NCBI GenBank assembly: GCA_030141605.1
Contig: JAQGDQ010000195.1
Span: forward strand, 310,001-374,000
Direction: 5' to 3'
From: Tubiluchus corallicola
Lineage: Eukaryota > Animalia > Priapulida
Length of the DNA: 64,000 nucleotides
Made by a program: the position numbers and the translations under genes. Below the pieces are notes generated by a model, which was not told the DNA's origin, did not search any database, and saw only the letters and a list, made by a program, of their open reading frames with translations. This document shows positions 1 to 46,857 of this stretch, piece after piece. Every line of letters begins with the position of its first letter. Within the stretch, counting starts at the first letter, position 1.

Positions 1-976
1 GATGACAATTTGTGTGTGAATAATTTTTATAGCTAATATAAAGGGAATTCTCTGCTCATTAATGGTTGGGATGCTGGACTGTATTAACAGCCTGCAGCAT
101 AGCTAAATGGGCTAATTGCATTGTTCCAATAACTAATAATATGCACTGTTATGTTTGATTTATACCACGCATGTTTGACGTGTTGGTTCAAAATAAAATA
201 GCACATTATAGACTAAACAAAATTCCTGAAAATGTGTTTCTATAAAATTCTGGTTACATTTTTACTAAAAGTTGCCAACGTAGTCAATTTTATCAATTTG
301 ACTATGCTGAATCCAAAAAAGAAGTTATTGCCATCTTAAAAACGGGTCAAAAGCAACGTGGCCCTACACCTTTTTTTCGCAAACTATATAAATCAAAAGA
401 AATTCCCTAAAAATTGGCATTAAGAGGGGATTATTATATCAGTTCCAGAGCAGCTGGATCTAAGGATCTATTTCTGTTTCTTTTATTTCAGTTACATGTG
501 TGTTGCATGTTCATTAAATTGCACTAAATTTATTGAGTGCAAAAGCATCACAAAGTATGTAAATTTAAACACCATCACTACTGTATACAATGTTTTTGGT
601 AATTTTAAACAAGTTGCAAATTTGGTGCTACACTACATTGTTCGTACAGAATTGTAAGGTTTAGGTAACTTGCTCGCCGTTGTAGAAGTGTTGATAGACG
701 TGTGTACTGACTTCTTGATGCCATCATTACAAGTTGTCCACCTGTTTCTGAATCAAGAAAAATGATATCAGTGAACTCTAGTTTACCACATGAGGGCAGG
801 TGCATCAGTCAGCCATCTTTCTCATCTTTTTACAAAGCAAACAGAACGACTAAAATTGAATTGCTACTTTCATACTGCCATTTGGCTAGAACTTTTTGTC
901 ACTTAAATGATTTCAGGTTTGATTATTAATTGCACTGTTTCGTGTCTTTCTCTTCATGTATGAATTTTAATTCTAG

Positions 977-1330
977 GAGGAGTTTACAAGCCTGGATGAT
1001 GCCCTCCCAGAAACCGATGTGCTCTACATAACCAGGATACAGCGAGAACGCTTTGCTAGCGAAGCCGAATATCAACAAAACTGCGGTCATTACGTGGTCG
1101 CTCCAAAACTGATGACCAAAGCCAAGAAGAAGACGATAGTCATGCATCCGCTACCACGACTGGACGAGATTAGTCCTGCGTTTGACTCTGATGAACGGGC
1201 AGCATATTTTCGACAAGCAGAAAATGGTCTCTATGTACGAATGGCGCTGTTGGCTCTCATTCTAGGAGCAGACCAAGAGCAGGATGAATCAGCAGTGAAG
1301 GGAGCTGGCACCAAAAGGGATGGCAGTTGA
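977..1330 (+). CDS. CAD: CAD multifunctional pyrimidine biosynthesis protein, terminal coding exon (aspartate transcarbamylase C-terminus); upstream exons lie outside the window
   Basis: Acceptor ttttaattctag ends at 976. Translation [26 protein letters not shown]...[50 protein letters not shown] matches the animal CAD C-terminus (DVLYxTRIQxERF, MHPx[12 protein letters not shown]). AATAAA hexamers follow near 1935 and 2170-2200. Confidence 0.95.
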   Translation, partial: EEFTSLDDALPETDVLYITRIQRERFASEAEYQQNCGHYVVAPKLMTKAKKKTIVMHPLPRLDEISPAFDSDERAAYFRQAENGLYVRMALLALILGADQEQDESAVKGAGTKRDGS

Positions 1331-3030
1331 ATCAGTAGCAAGAGGAGCTGCGCAAAGAGCACTTTACTTGTAAACTAAATAGTGTTCCTGCTCAATTAAG
1401 AAATGTCTTCTTCCTCTGATGATGCGCATGTGATATACAGTGGTCGCAATGTATACATTTTTTTTCTAATCACATATTTTTATGAAATTATTTTGATCTA
1501 TTTTGTTGTGTGTAATATAATGGCTAAATCAGTTAACTAAATGACTATGCACAAACTTCTAACATTCGTAATTGAGTTGATTAATAGGGCACCGGCTTAT
1601 GTCATGTCAATTATGACATTGTATGGTTTTCTTTACATGCCATTCCAAAGTATTTACAGTATCAATTTACTGTGTGAACTTCTGCTGATTGGGTTTTATG
1701 CAGAAGTATATATTTGTGCCATGTTGCAGCTTTGCTGTGTCTGGATCTCACAATGTCCATTTTTTTGCTATACATTCTTGCTACAATTATTATTTGCTGC
1801 TTCATTTGCAAAATTTAAAAATTGTGGGCATAACTTATTTTTTTGCTATCTAAAATATATTATTATTATGTTTGTGTATCTTTTTCTACTTTTATTAGTA
1901 TCTCAGCAGATTTTGCATCAGAACAAAATGTAGAATAAAATTTAAGTACTTTTGTACTCAGCCTAACAAGATATGGGTGCCTGTCTTTCATAACTCCAGT
2001 TGTCAAGTATTCCAGTTATTTATGTAATAATTTTTTTGTTGTGTAAACCTGTATGTTCTCTTTTTCTGTTAACAAACCATTGTCTGATGTGTATTCATGC
2101 TTTTTAATTGTTCACATTTCTAATGTTGTGAAAACAATTTTTTACTAATTTTGCATTTGTCATGCTAAATAAAATTTAATAAAATAAAAAATCAATAAAT
2201 GCTATTATTTTTCATATATAAAACTTGGTAATTTTTTTGCATTTTAATAATGAATGCATGGTATCTAACAAGTAGGCCTACAAGAGATCTGTGCATTTTT
2301 ACATAACATTGATATTAGAAACAAAAATTTACGTATTTGTTTCCTGTTCGGGGTAGATTCGGGATCACATGTCTGTGTCCCTTATCGGTTCAGCATCTAA
2401 AAACCCCACCAAACCTAACTTCAGTGTTCATTTATTTCTGGTTTGGTCCCAACTTAGTTTGGGTTTCTGAACTTTTAACAGAAAATTTGATGTAAAAGTT
2501 ATTGATGTTTTGATAAACAAACTAAATCTCATTGATTCACATTTCTGATAACACAGTTATAATTTTTATGAAAAGTCAAATAAAATGTGTACTTTTTTGC
2601 ATTGACTTCCTACTGCTACACAACACAATTGCAATACAATACAAAAAAATGTGATTTTGTGATGCTCTTAAGGTCACCTGTTTACCTACACATAGAGGAA
2701 ATAAGAGTTATAATAATAATATAAGGTGCAAACTGTGTAGCAGTATAAGGCACATATTATGTACCTAGCTAATTACAAGGAACTGATTCCTCATTGTTTA
2801 TTTGCAGAATAAAAGGCAGCACTTGTTTCTTTTGTGTATACACATGCTACTACTGTCTTGTGTGAGCTGATTGTATAAGAAATGTTTTTTGATGCAGTAT
2901 TTAAAACTGTCGTTTTTGTCTAAAAATTTGCCCTTTATTTTTCTTTTAATGATTTAATAAACGTATTGAAACCTCTTAAATTAACAAAAAGAATCTAAAC
3001 GTTTAAACCTATGATTTAAAAGGGTAAATA

Positions 3031-4229
3031 CAGGGTGTCTCATAAGAAACTACACACTTTGCAGTTTTTACATTTTTAACAAACAAAACAAAATGTTTTA
3101 AAATTGGTACAGATGAACTAAAACCTTAGACAATTGTTTTAGTCAAAATAGTCAAGTTACATAGCCAAAATAGTCAAGTTACATAGCCAATATAGTGAAG
3201 TTGCATAGCCAAAATAATCAAGTTACATAGCCAAAATAGTCATGTTACATAGCCAAAATAGTCAAGTTACATAGCCAAAATAGTCAAGTTACATAGCCAA
3301 AATAGTCAAATTACATAGCCAAAATAATCAAGTTACATAGCCAAAATAGTCAAGTTGCATAGCTAAAATAGTCAAGTTACATAGCCAAAATAGTAGAGTT
3401 GCATAGCCAAAATAGTCAAGTTACATAACCAAAATAGTCAAGTTACTTAGCCAAAGTAGTCATGTTACATAACCAAAATAGTCAAGTTACATAACCAAAA
3501 TAGTCAAGTTACTTAGCCAAAGTAGTCATGTTACATAGCCAAAATAGTCAAATTACATAGCCAAAATAATCAAGTTACATAGCCAAAATAGTCAAGTTGC
3601 ATAGCTAAAATAGTCAAGTTACATAGCCAAAATAATCAAGTTACATAGCCAAAATAGTCAAGTTACATAACCAAAATAGTCAAGTTACTTAGCCAAAGTA
3701 GTCATGTTACATAGCCAATATAGTCGAGTTACATAGCCAAAATAGTCAAGTTACATAGCCAAAATAGTCAAGTTACATAGACAATATAGTCAAGTTACAT
3801 AGAAAAAACCGCAGCACTAATAGGATGTGCTATTTTCAATTCCATTTTTGTGGACCTCAAGACCTTTAGAGACCAATACAGCAGTAAATGTGGTACCTTG
3901 CATTGAGAAAGTCTCTTACAGCCAATGAGTGGAGAGAAATGGCTGCACCGTGTTGAGAAACTGCATGTGAGAGAACAATGTGGTCCATGTGGTGCCCTGA
4001 ATTTCCACTGAACTTGAGTTTGTGATTAAGCAACATTTTGCCAGGCTAATTTTGCATCTCATTTCTGACGTTACTGTCATCGCCATAGCAACGGGTTCCA
4101 GCCAACAAATAAATAAAAATAATTGCCAAAAGCCCCCTTTCAATCACGTAAAAGCTTATCGAGATTGGAGAAAAAAGCTTAAAACGAAAATTAGAAGTCA
4201 AATTGTATGACGAGTTTTGAGACACCCTG
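3031..4229. mobile_element. Non-autonomous Tc1/mariner-type element carrying a 22-bp minisatellite
   Basis: TA|CAGGGTGTCTCATAA ... TTTTGAGACACCCTG|TA: inverted termini with TA target duplication. Confidence 0.8.
3140..3801. repeat. 22-bp minisatellite (TAGTCAAGTTACATAGCCAAAA), ~30 copies
   Basis: Direct tandem copies visible, no unique spacers. Confidence 0.95.
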
Positions 4230-4780
4230 TATTAAAATTCTAACTCTCTCGCTATTTATTTTATTTGTGTTAATTTTCATGCAAATTTCATAACTATAAG
4301 GAATATTTAGCTAGTTTATTGCAAAGCCAAGCAAATTAACTCTTGGGGACACTTTAATGTAATAGCAAGGATGGCAAAATAATGGCAATTATTGTGTGTG
4401 AACGTGCTTTTAGACATAAGTTAGTTCTATGACCTGTCAAACATTTATAATTATAATTATTATACATTTACCATTTTTATAATTTATCTTATCGTTTACA
4501 GGAAAGACCACTGACGTCACTCAGTGGTGGAACCGTAAAGAGGAGAGGTTTAAAACGAAAGTTTTGGTGAAAATGAAACGGCTACGCTAGGGAAGATTTT
4601 TACTGGAGTTCATTTTGATGCCTTGAATTATTTACAGTCAATCAAGTGGCGTCACCTTGTGAAGAAATCGATGAACTCTGTCGCGTTGGTTTATTACTGT
4701 CTTTGGCAGACATGACCGTATTTAAGGCATTTGATTTTCTAAAATATAAAAGAAAAATGAATAATTAATTGTTGTACTTC

Positions 4781-5160
<380 letters not shown>

Positions 5161-5479
5161 TCTGTACAGTACTGTGACATTATCTATACTTGCATAGTTG
5201 TAAATAAATGTAAAAATAATTATATAATTAATAAGTATTTATGATTTTACTAAAAAAAACATCGACTTACTGTATCAATGAGTTGAGTTTTTTATTTTTA
5301 AAATCGTTTGTGTAATGACCTTCACCAACCGCGACCCATGACGAAAAAATACCATTTTTATCATTTCCTTTTAAAATGTCTAAATTTAATGTTGTAAATT
5401 TAGTTTAAATACTAATGAACTTAATTCATGTGTTAAAACAGAAGCCCACGGTTTTATCTGTAAAGTAAAACTGCTGTAT

Positions 5480-6125
5480 CAAAGTGATAGAAATCGATTA
5501 TCGTTTTATCGAGGGAAAATCGATTTTTTTACTTGACTTTCGAATTGATACAAAACAAAATCAATTTTTTAATCTATTTTCAGATCGATAAAATAAATGA
5601 TTTATCACCACAAAAAATCGGTACAATCGGAGCATCGATATCGAAATCGATGAGTCATTTTGGCGATTTGTGTGCCCTACCAATAATAAACATTGAGAAT
5701 AATAGTTTATATTATAGTGTTATTAACTTCAATAGTTGATAGCATTAATTACATAAAATTATACTACCAAAATTAATGTGTTAGTAGCTGAAATGTACCC
5801 CTTTTCCATGCACAAAAATCCACAATACTTTCTTGAGTTCAAACCTTTAATTTACACACTCATAAGGTCACCATTTAAATGTATAAACTAATTTAAAGAC
5901 AACATGGATTTTAGAAATTAAAATCGTATCAAATCGATTTGTGAAATGCTAATCAAAATCGAAATCGTATCGCAAGTCCTTATCGTTCATCAAAATCGTA
6001 ACACAATTTTTTGTAAATTGCTTATCGAAATCAAAATCGTACCACAATTTTTTGTAAATTGCTTATCGAAATCAAAATCGTATAACAATTTTTTATAAAT
6101 TGCTTATCGAAATCAAAATCGTAAA
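5480..6125. mobile_element. Degenerate CGAT/ATCG-rich MITE remnants (hAT-like TAGGG end at ~5679), with a short ~41-bp tandem triplication at 5980-6123
   Basis: Dense ATCG/CGAT subterminal-type motifs; cgatttgtgtgcccta end; three copies of ttatcgaaatcaaaatcgta...aaattgc. Confidence 0.45.
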
Positions 6126-6130
6126 TAATG

Positions 6131-6410
6131 GTTGGCTGGCTGGCTGACTGCTTTATTAAATGACTGACTGACCAACTTACCGACTGACTGACTGACTGAC
6201 TGACTGACTCACTGACTGACTGATTGACTTGCTGACTAACTGATTGACTTGCTGACTAACTGACTGACTGACTGACTGACTGACTGACTGACTGACTGAC
6301 TGACTGACTGACTGACTGACTGACTGACTGACTGACTGACTGACTGACTGACTGACTGACTGACTGACTGACTGACTGACTGACTGACTGACTGACTGAC
6401 TGACTGACTA
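6131..6410. repeat. (CTGA)n tetranucleotide microsatellite
   Basis: Direct inspection. Confidence 0.97.
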
Positions 6411-6916
6411 ATTGAGTGATGAAATATGTGACTCTGATCGACCAACAGACTGATTAGTCATCCATTGATATTCATTCATTAGTTTGTTATTGTGCATTTC
6501 TAGAAAATCGTAAATAACTTCGAAGCACCATTTCTTCAGACATTTTCTGCGTGCACCAACATTGTAAGTGCTTTTACATGTTTCACAGCAGTTGACAACT
6601 TAACATCTACAATAGCAATATAATTGCAGTCCATTTCTGACATTTCTGCCATTCCGTCTGATTAATAACGTCGAGGCGTTTTAATTAGGTTCATTAAATC
6701 TCAACCAACAATGAAGCATGTTATGCATGTATCGAACCGTACCACAGGTAAAAATGCCAGAGCTTATATAACAGACTGTTAGTTTTCAATTGTTCTTACT
6801 TCAATTGTTAATGAGAGATTAATTAATGAGGCTGATTAATGAGAAACAGCAACTCCAGGGGCGTGGTTTCTAACATCATTTATTGCAACGTTTAACCAGC
6901 TGTGCCTGTCGGGCAC

Positions 6917-7532
6917 GTGAAGAAGGTGTACTGCACCTTTTATGAAGAAGGTGTGCTGAAACATCTTATCAAGGAGGTGTATTGAAACCTCTTGTGAAGG
7001 AGGCTTGCTGAAATGTCTTGTGAAGGAGGGGTACTGAAACCTCTTGTGAAGGAGGTGTACTACACCTTTTTGTGAAGAAGGCGTGCTGAAACTTTTTATC
7101 AATGAGGTGTATTGAGACCTCTTGTGAAGGAAGTGTGCTGAAACCTCTTGTGAAGGAGGGGTACTGAAACTCTTGTGAAGGAGTTGTATTGGAACCTCTT
7201 GTGAAGGAAGCGTGCTGAAACCTCTTGTGAAGGAGTTGTATTGAAACCTCTTGTGAAGGAGTTGTATTGAAACCTCTTGTGAAGGAAGTGTACTGAAACC
7301 TCTTGTGAAGGAGTTGTATTGAAACCTCTTGTGAAGGAAGTGTGCTGAAACCTCTTGTGAAGGAGGTGTATTGAAACCTCTTGTGAAGGAGGTGTACTAC
7401 ACCTTTTAGGAAGAAGGTGTGCTGAAACCTCTTATCAATGAGGTGTATTGAAACCTCTTGTGAAGGAAGTGTGCTGAAATCTCTTGTGAAGGAGGGATAC
7501 TGAAACCTCTTGTAAAGGAGGTATATTACACC
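6917..7532. repeat. 26-bp minisatellite (TGAAACCTCTTGTGAAGGAGNTGTAY), ~23 copies
   Basis: gaaacc recurs at 7269, 7295, 7321 (period 26). Confidence 0.93.
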
Positions 7533-7825
7533 TTGTCACCTGGTCACCTTACGAAGTCGGTGACGAATGCCATTTTATTCTATTTTGTTCTAAACATAAC
7601 ACTGCCCGCAACTTCCTTGTAAATATAATCACACGTTCTAGTCCAGACTTTTACTTTTTAAATACAGATGATGATGCAATATCAAAACTTGTATGACGAA
7701 ATCTCATGATGTCACTATTCAATGTGCTGTAGCTAAATTCGTTCGCATTTGTATGAAAATGTTGTTGTATGGATGTTTGTAGTTTGATCAGTCTTATGAG
7801 CCAAAAATCAGTAAATTACTACTAT

Positions 7826-8606
7826 AAGATGAGATAAGATGAGATGAGATAAGATGAGATGAGATGAGATGAGATGAGATGAGGTGAGGTGAGGTGATGT
7901 GATGTGATGTGATGTGGTGTGGTGTGGTGTGGTATGGTATGGTATGGTATGGTATGGTATGGTATGGTATGGTATGGTATGGTATGATATGATATGGTAT
8001 GGTATGGTATGGTATGGTATGGTATGGTATGGTATGGTATGGTATGGTATGGTATGGTATGGTATGGTATGGTATGGTATGATATGATATGATATGATAT
8101 GATATGATATGATATGATATGATATGATATGATATGATATGATATGATATGATATGATAGGATAGGATAGGATAGGATAGGATAGGATAGGATAGGATAG
8201 GATACGATACGATACGATACGATACGATACGATACGATACGATACGATACGATACGATACGATACGATACGATACGATACGATACGATACGATACGATAC
8301 GATACGATACGATACGAGATGAGGTAACATAAGATGAGATGAGAAGAGATGAGATAACATGAGATGAGATGAGATAAGATGAGATAACATAAGATGAGAT
8401 AATATGAGATGAGAAAAGATGAAATAACATGAGATAAGATGAGGTAACATAACATAAGATAGATAACATGAGATAACATAAGATGAGATAACATGAGAAA
8501 ATATAAGATGAAATAATATGAGATAACATGAGATGAGATAACATGAGAAAAGATAAGATGAAATAACTTGAGATAACATGAGAAGAGATAAGATGAGATG
8601 AGATAA
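7826..8606. repeat. Compound pentanucleotide array (GAGAT, GAGGT, GATGT, GGTGT, GGTAT, GATAT, GATAG, GATAC, AACAT blocks)
   Basis: Direct inspection; constant 5-nt register through the homogeneous blocks. Confidence 0.97.
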
Positions 8607-9462
8607 GAATGTCTATTTCACAATGCATAACAACAGCAAAATACATACAAAAATGGTGCCACCTCAAATATAAATCAGATAACATTGTGAGGGGTTGAGG
8701 GAGCGGCTATCTAGTCGCTATACCCCCCCCCAGCAATTATTACACAGTAATTAACTAGTTTAAACAATTCATTATATACTACATTTTGACTAGTATCTTA
8801 TGCAATTATTTTAAGAAATAATAAGCATCAAATAACAATGTTTGACCAAATATAGCAAATAACAGTTATACATAGATATTTATACATTTTAATACTAGGT
8901 CGTAATAAACATTTCATACTAGATCACGAAAATTTTGATAATAGATTGTATTTTATAACTTTTTTATTTAACAGATTTGACTGGTTTCTTAGTTGAATTA
9001 CCAGTTATTAAATCGCTCTACTTATATCACAATCTTCCAAAAGTATCCATGATAACAAATATTTTAAATGTTTCTTCAGTTTTTCTTACACACTCATCAG
9101 CCGTGGTTTTTTTTCGTTATTGCTACCTATTGTAATTTTGATGGCAGTCAATTTATTTATTATTTACTCGTACATAAATGTACATTAAAAACAAACACAG
9201 ACACACGTACATTAGTAATATTTACAAATTATGATTAGTTACATAATTATAAAAAAACATTACACTCAAAACACACAACAAAAAAAGAAAAATGCAATAA
9301 AGAAATAAAAAAATGTCAATATTAATGTTGAAATTTTTACTCAACAAATGCCATAAAATTATTTGTAAATATTTAGTTCTTTACAATTAATGCTAAAATT
9401 TCATTTAGTACATTCATATTATAAAAAGAGAAATCTCTTGCCTCTATTGTGTTTACAATGTC

Positions 9463-9878
9463 CAGGGGCATATCAAGACATTACGATGCCCTAGGCTGGT
9501 TCCGTCCCGCCCATCTCTATTGTGAATTTATGGTTGTTTATGTATTGAAAAGGTTAAACAACTACTTGTGGTGTATTAGTAAACATATTTTCTATGTGGT
9601 CATTGTTAATTAGATCTATACACATAACGCCTGCTTGTTGTACAATACCTTGCACCTGCTCGTTACGTGGCGCTTAATTATAAATATAAAAGCAGCTGTC
9701 ACAGTAACTGCCTGTGGTGTGTTATAAAATGTGCTCTTTACAGTTTGCAATTTACATCAATATGAAAGTACACACATTTTCCGAAGGAGAATAAGAATTT
9801 TTTCTCAAATGTGACGCCGCTAAAGCTTTGGCGCCCTAGGCTATGGCCTAGTTAGTCTATTGGTTAACATACCCTTGA
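9463..9878 (+). mobile_element. hAT MITE family A (CAGGGGCGTAT termini), ~420 bp
   Basis: Homologous to copies at 14584, 19349 and 30574; termini caggggcatat...atacccttg. Confidence 0.8.
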
Positions 9879-10582
9879 CAATGTCAACAGCCAAAGATGC
9901 TTCACATATTTTATGTTCAGTTAAGTTGCATTCCTATCTAAAAATGTGTGATCTTACTTGTTTCGACTCAGATATCATCAGTTTAAAATCTACATTGTAT
10001 TTTTGGCATATATATTTGACATTATTACCCATACGTGTTAAAACTGAACAAAAACTTCGCTGTGCAAAAAAGGTACCAGATTATTAGAGCTATGAAAGAA
10101 CACATATCTAGCTATAATTTGAATACTAAGCTTTAGAACATTGGAAATGTGATTTTCTTGAAGTCTCTATAGCTGTCTCACACCTATATTGGGGTCATTA
10201 CATTTCCAACACCGAGAATGTGGGCAAACGTACGGGGGAGAGGAAGCACCGAATTATCAATACTAAATACTAAAATACCACTATACTAAAACACAGCGGA
10301 ACGATTAGCCTGGCTAAATGCTCAAGGTAGACCTGTCTTACACAGCTTAAATACAGAAAACTAGAACACTATTAATGTGAAAGGGCATTCAGAAGCAATT
10401 ATGTACAGTAAGATTAGAGGGAAATTTATGCTATTTCAATATTATAACAAGCCCAAAAAAGGAGGGAATGAGGTGAAAAAATTATGAAGGAGAGATGAGC
10501 AAGAAGACAAAAAGATGTAATATTCAGAAGTCAAGTTAATCAAACGCGAAGTAATTATGAGACAAACTTCGCGACAGAGAAC

Positions 10583-11266
10583 TAGGGACGTTAAAGGATA
10601 CAAGCTTGGCGATACGATACTTTTTTTCCAACGATACGATAACGATAATTCACGTTTTAGACGATACAATGGAATACGATACGATAAATTATTTTGAGCG
10701 ATGAAAACGATACTGAGGTTAGAAAATTTATGCAACAACAGAAAAAGCATCTCTAATAATTAAACCATTAATGTAACCATTACGTGACTACGATGACATT
10801 TTCTGCTTCGTTGTTATAATGATTCATAAATAAGTAAGCTGCGATGGATACATAGATTACTATGATATAAAGCTTTATCTATGCTAGTTGCACAATTACA
10901 CATGTCCGAGACGATGACACCAAAAATACGGTACGTTGTATTCGGCATCTGCGAGTCTGTATGATTCACAATCAGAATAAAGACAACCGCTATTGCAAAG
11001 CGAAAGTGCAACTGCATGTATCTGACCAGTTTATAAATTTAAATAATTCCCTTTATCCGCTGAATTGAAAAGCAACTTGAAAGTAAATTGAAAATCAAAG
11101 TAACGCGATTTCATACAGGTAAGCAATTGGCTACGATACAAGCCAAAATCGATACGATAACGATATACCTAGAATAATATCGATGCGATAACGATAAAAA
11201 CTAATTTTTTGTGTCGATAAGATATTCGATAATTATCAATACATATCGTCATCGTTAACATCCCTA
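10583..11266 (+). mobile_element. hAT MITE family C (TAGGGAYGTTAA termini, CGATA subterminal repeats)
   Basis: TIR tagggacgttaa...ttaacatcccta; 8-bp TSD cagagaac/ctgagaac; second copy at ~58778-59444. Confidence 0.85.
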
Positions 11267-11419
11267 CTGAGAACCATGAAAACTATGACAATAACTCTGA
11301 AATACTTTTGCTCTTAGTAAATAAAAGTCCTGTTACTACTAATAATGTGCAGTTTCTTTACCACCCATTTCTTAGAAGTGGGCAAAAATACGCGTGTCGT
11401 TAGACAGCGTAACCGTTTT

Positions 11420-11870
11420 ATGCTTCGCGTTATAGTAACCATTTACGTTCAATTACGTCTTGGTGGACCATTACGTGGCTTTGACAAGTATATATATGCT
11501 TCCTGGCGCAGCACAGCTTGAAGCTGAACCACCTTAACTTAGCACAGAAATCATGTTAAACATGAAAAGATTCGGCAAATCAGAGAGACGGAAAAGTTAC
11601 CGACGCTGTCTTATACAGGATTTAATTTTACTTTGGCAAAGTCATTAAGATGGATACCAACATTGGCATGTTCAGGAAGAAGGGCTCTGAAACTTGGATC
11701 CTCCAGTAAATCGTAGATGGAAAGGTTGAAGGCAAATGAAGCCAGTTTTGATTCGTGCTGGGGAGCTCAGTGTCTGGCTGAAGCCATGCAACGTGTCAGC
11801 TCACGTGGCGAAGGCAGCGCGCTTCGTGCAGTGAAACTCTGCTGATCATTCTGATCCGGTTTAAGGAACG
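11420..11870 (+). mobile_element. Decayed 3' end of an RTE-clade LINE
   Basis: Frameshifted remnants YFGKVI, IVDGKVEGK*S and LAEAMQRVSSRGE resemble the RTE C-terminal pattern YFGH...EGKVEGKRSRGR...DR..WR. Confidence 0.55.
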
Positions 11871-12168
11871 TTTATTCTTGACAAGTTCACAAAGACAGCG
11901 ATAAAGGTTTCATGGGAATGTGTGGCAACTCTGCTGATCATTCTGATCCGGTTTAAGAGACGTTTATTGTTGACAAGTTCACAAAGACAGCGATAAAAGT
12001 TTCATGGGAATGTGTGGCAACTCTGCTGATCATTCTGATCCGGTTTAAGAAACGTTTATTGTTGACAAGTTCACAAAGACAGCGATAAAGGTTTCATGTG
12101 AAAATGTGGCAACTCTGCTGATCATTCTGATCCGGTTTAAGGGACGTTTATTGTCGACACGTTCACAA
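11835..12168. repeat. 92-bp tandem repeat, ~3.6 copies, ~470 bp upstream of the sGC start codon
   Basis: aactctgctgatc at 11835, 11927, 12019, 12111. Confidence 0.95.
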
Positions 12169-12637
12169 ATTCAATTTTACTTTCAATTCTTTATTAATTA
12201 TAATTTTCTAACCGAATTTAACGGCAGAATATTCACTCATGAGCAACAGAAGTTTTCTCACGCTTGGGGAGATGAAAAACTGTTTGCTGTGTTAGTCAGA
12301 CGCTTAGAAAAACAAAATATGAAATGTTTTGCCTACACCTGTCAAGATGCATTAAAAAGAAGAATATTTTATAGACGCCAAGAAGAAAAGAATTATGTAA
12401 TTCCATTATATCATATTATATTATATTACATTATATGAAGAATTAAAATCTTTTGCAACTAGAAAATAGTAAGAGTGAAATGGTTGTGAAAAAAACTAAC
12501 ATTTGAAACAAAACCGCTAATACCGCATGAATTCTTACATCTTCCATAGTAAACAGTTAGTTTGAACGTAGAGCATTGAAATCATGATACAAGTGTGGAG
12601 AAATTTGTTGTCTTGTTGAGCAAAACGTTTTGTAAAC

Positions 12638-46857
<34,220 letters not shown>

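Noticed and set aside
1541-1933. 130-aa hydrophobic ORF downstream of CAD
   Set aside because: T-rich 3' UTR-like composition, no recognisable domain, lies between the CAD stop and AATAAA signals.
3850-4210. Possible transposase remnant inside the Tc1/mariner-type element
   Set aside because: No DDE/D, WVPHEL or YSPDL-like motif could be read in any frame I tried.
9045-9110. Hammerhead-like core on the minus strand (ccacggCTGATGAgtgtg...GAAAC)
   Set aside because: Stem II does not close and stems I and III pair poorly; at best a decayed remnant. An Infernal search with hammerhead models would settle it.
11470-11810. RCGTG hypoxia-response-like motifs upstream of the O2-type cyclase
   Set aside because: Five-base motifs expected by chance, and they lie within a decayed RTE LINE fragment.
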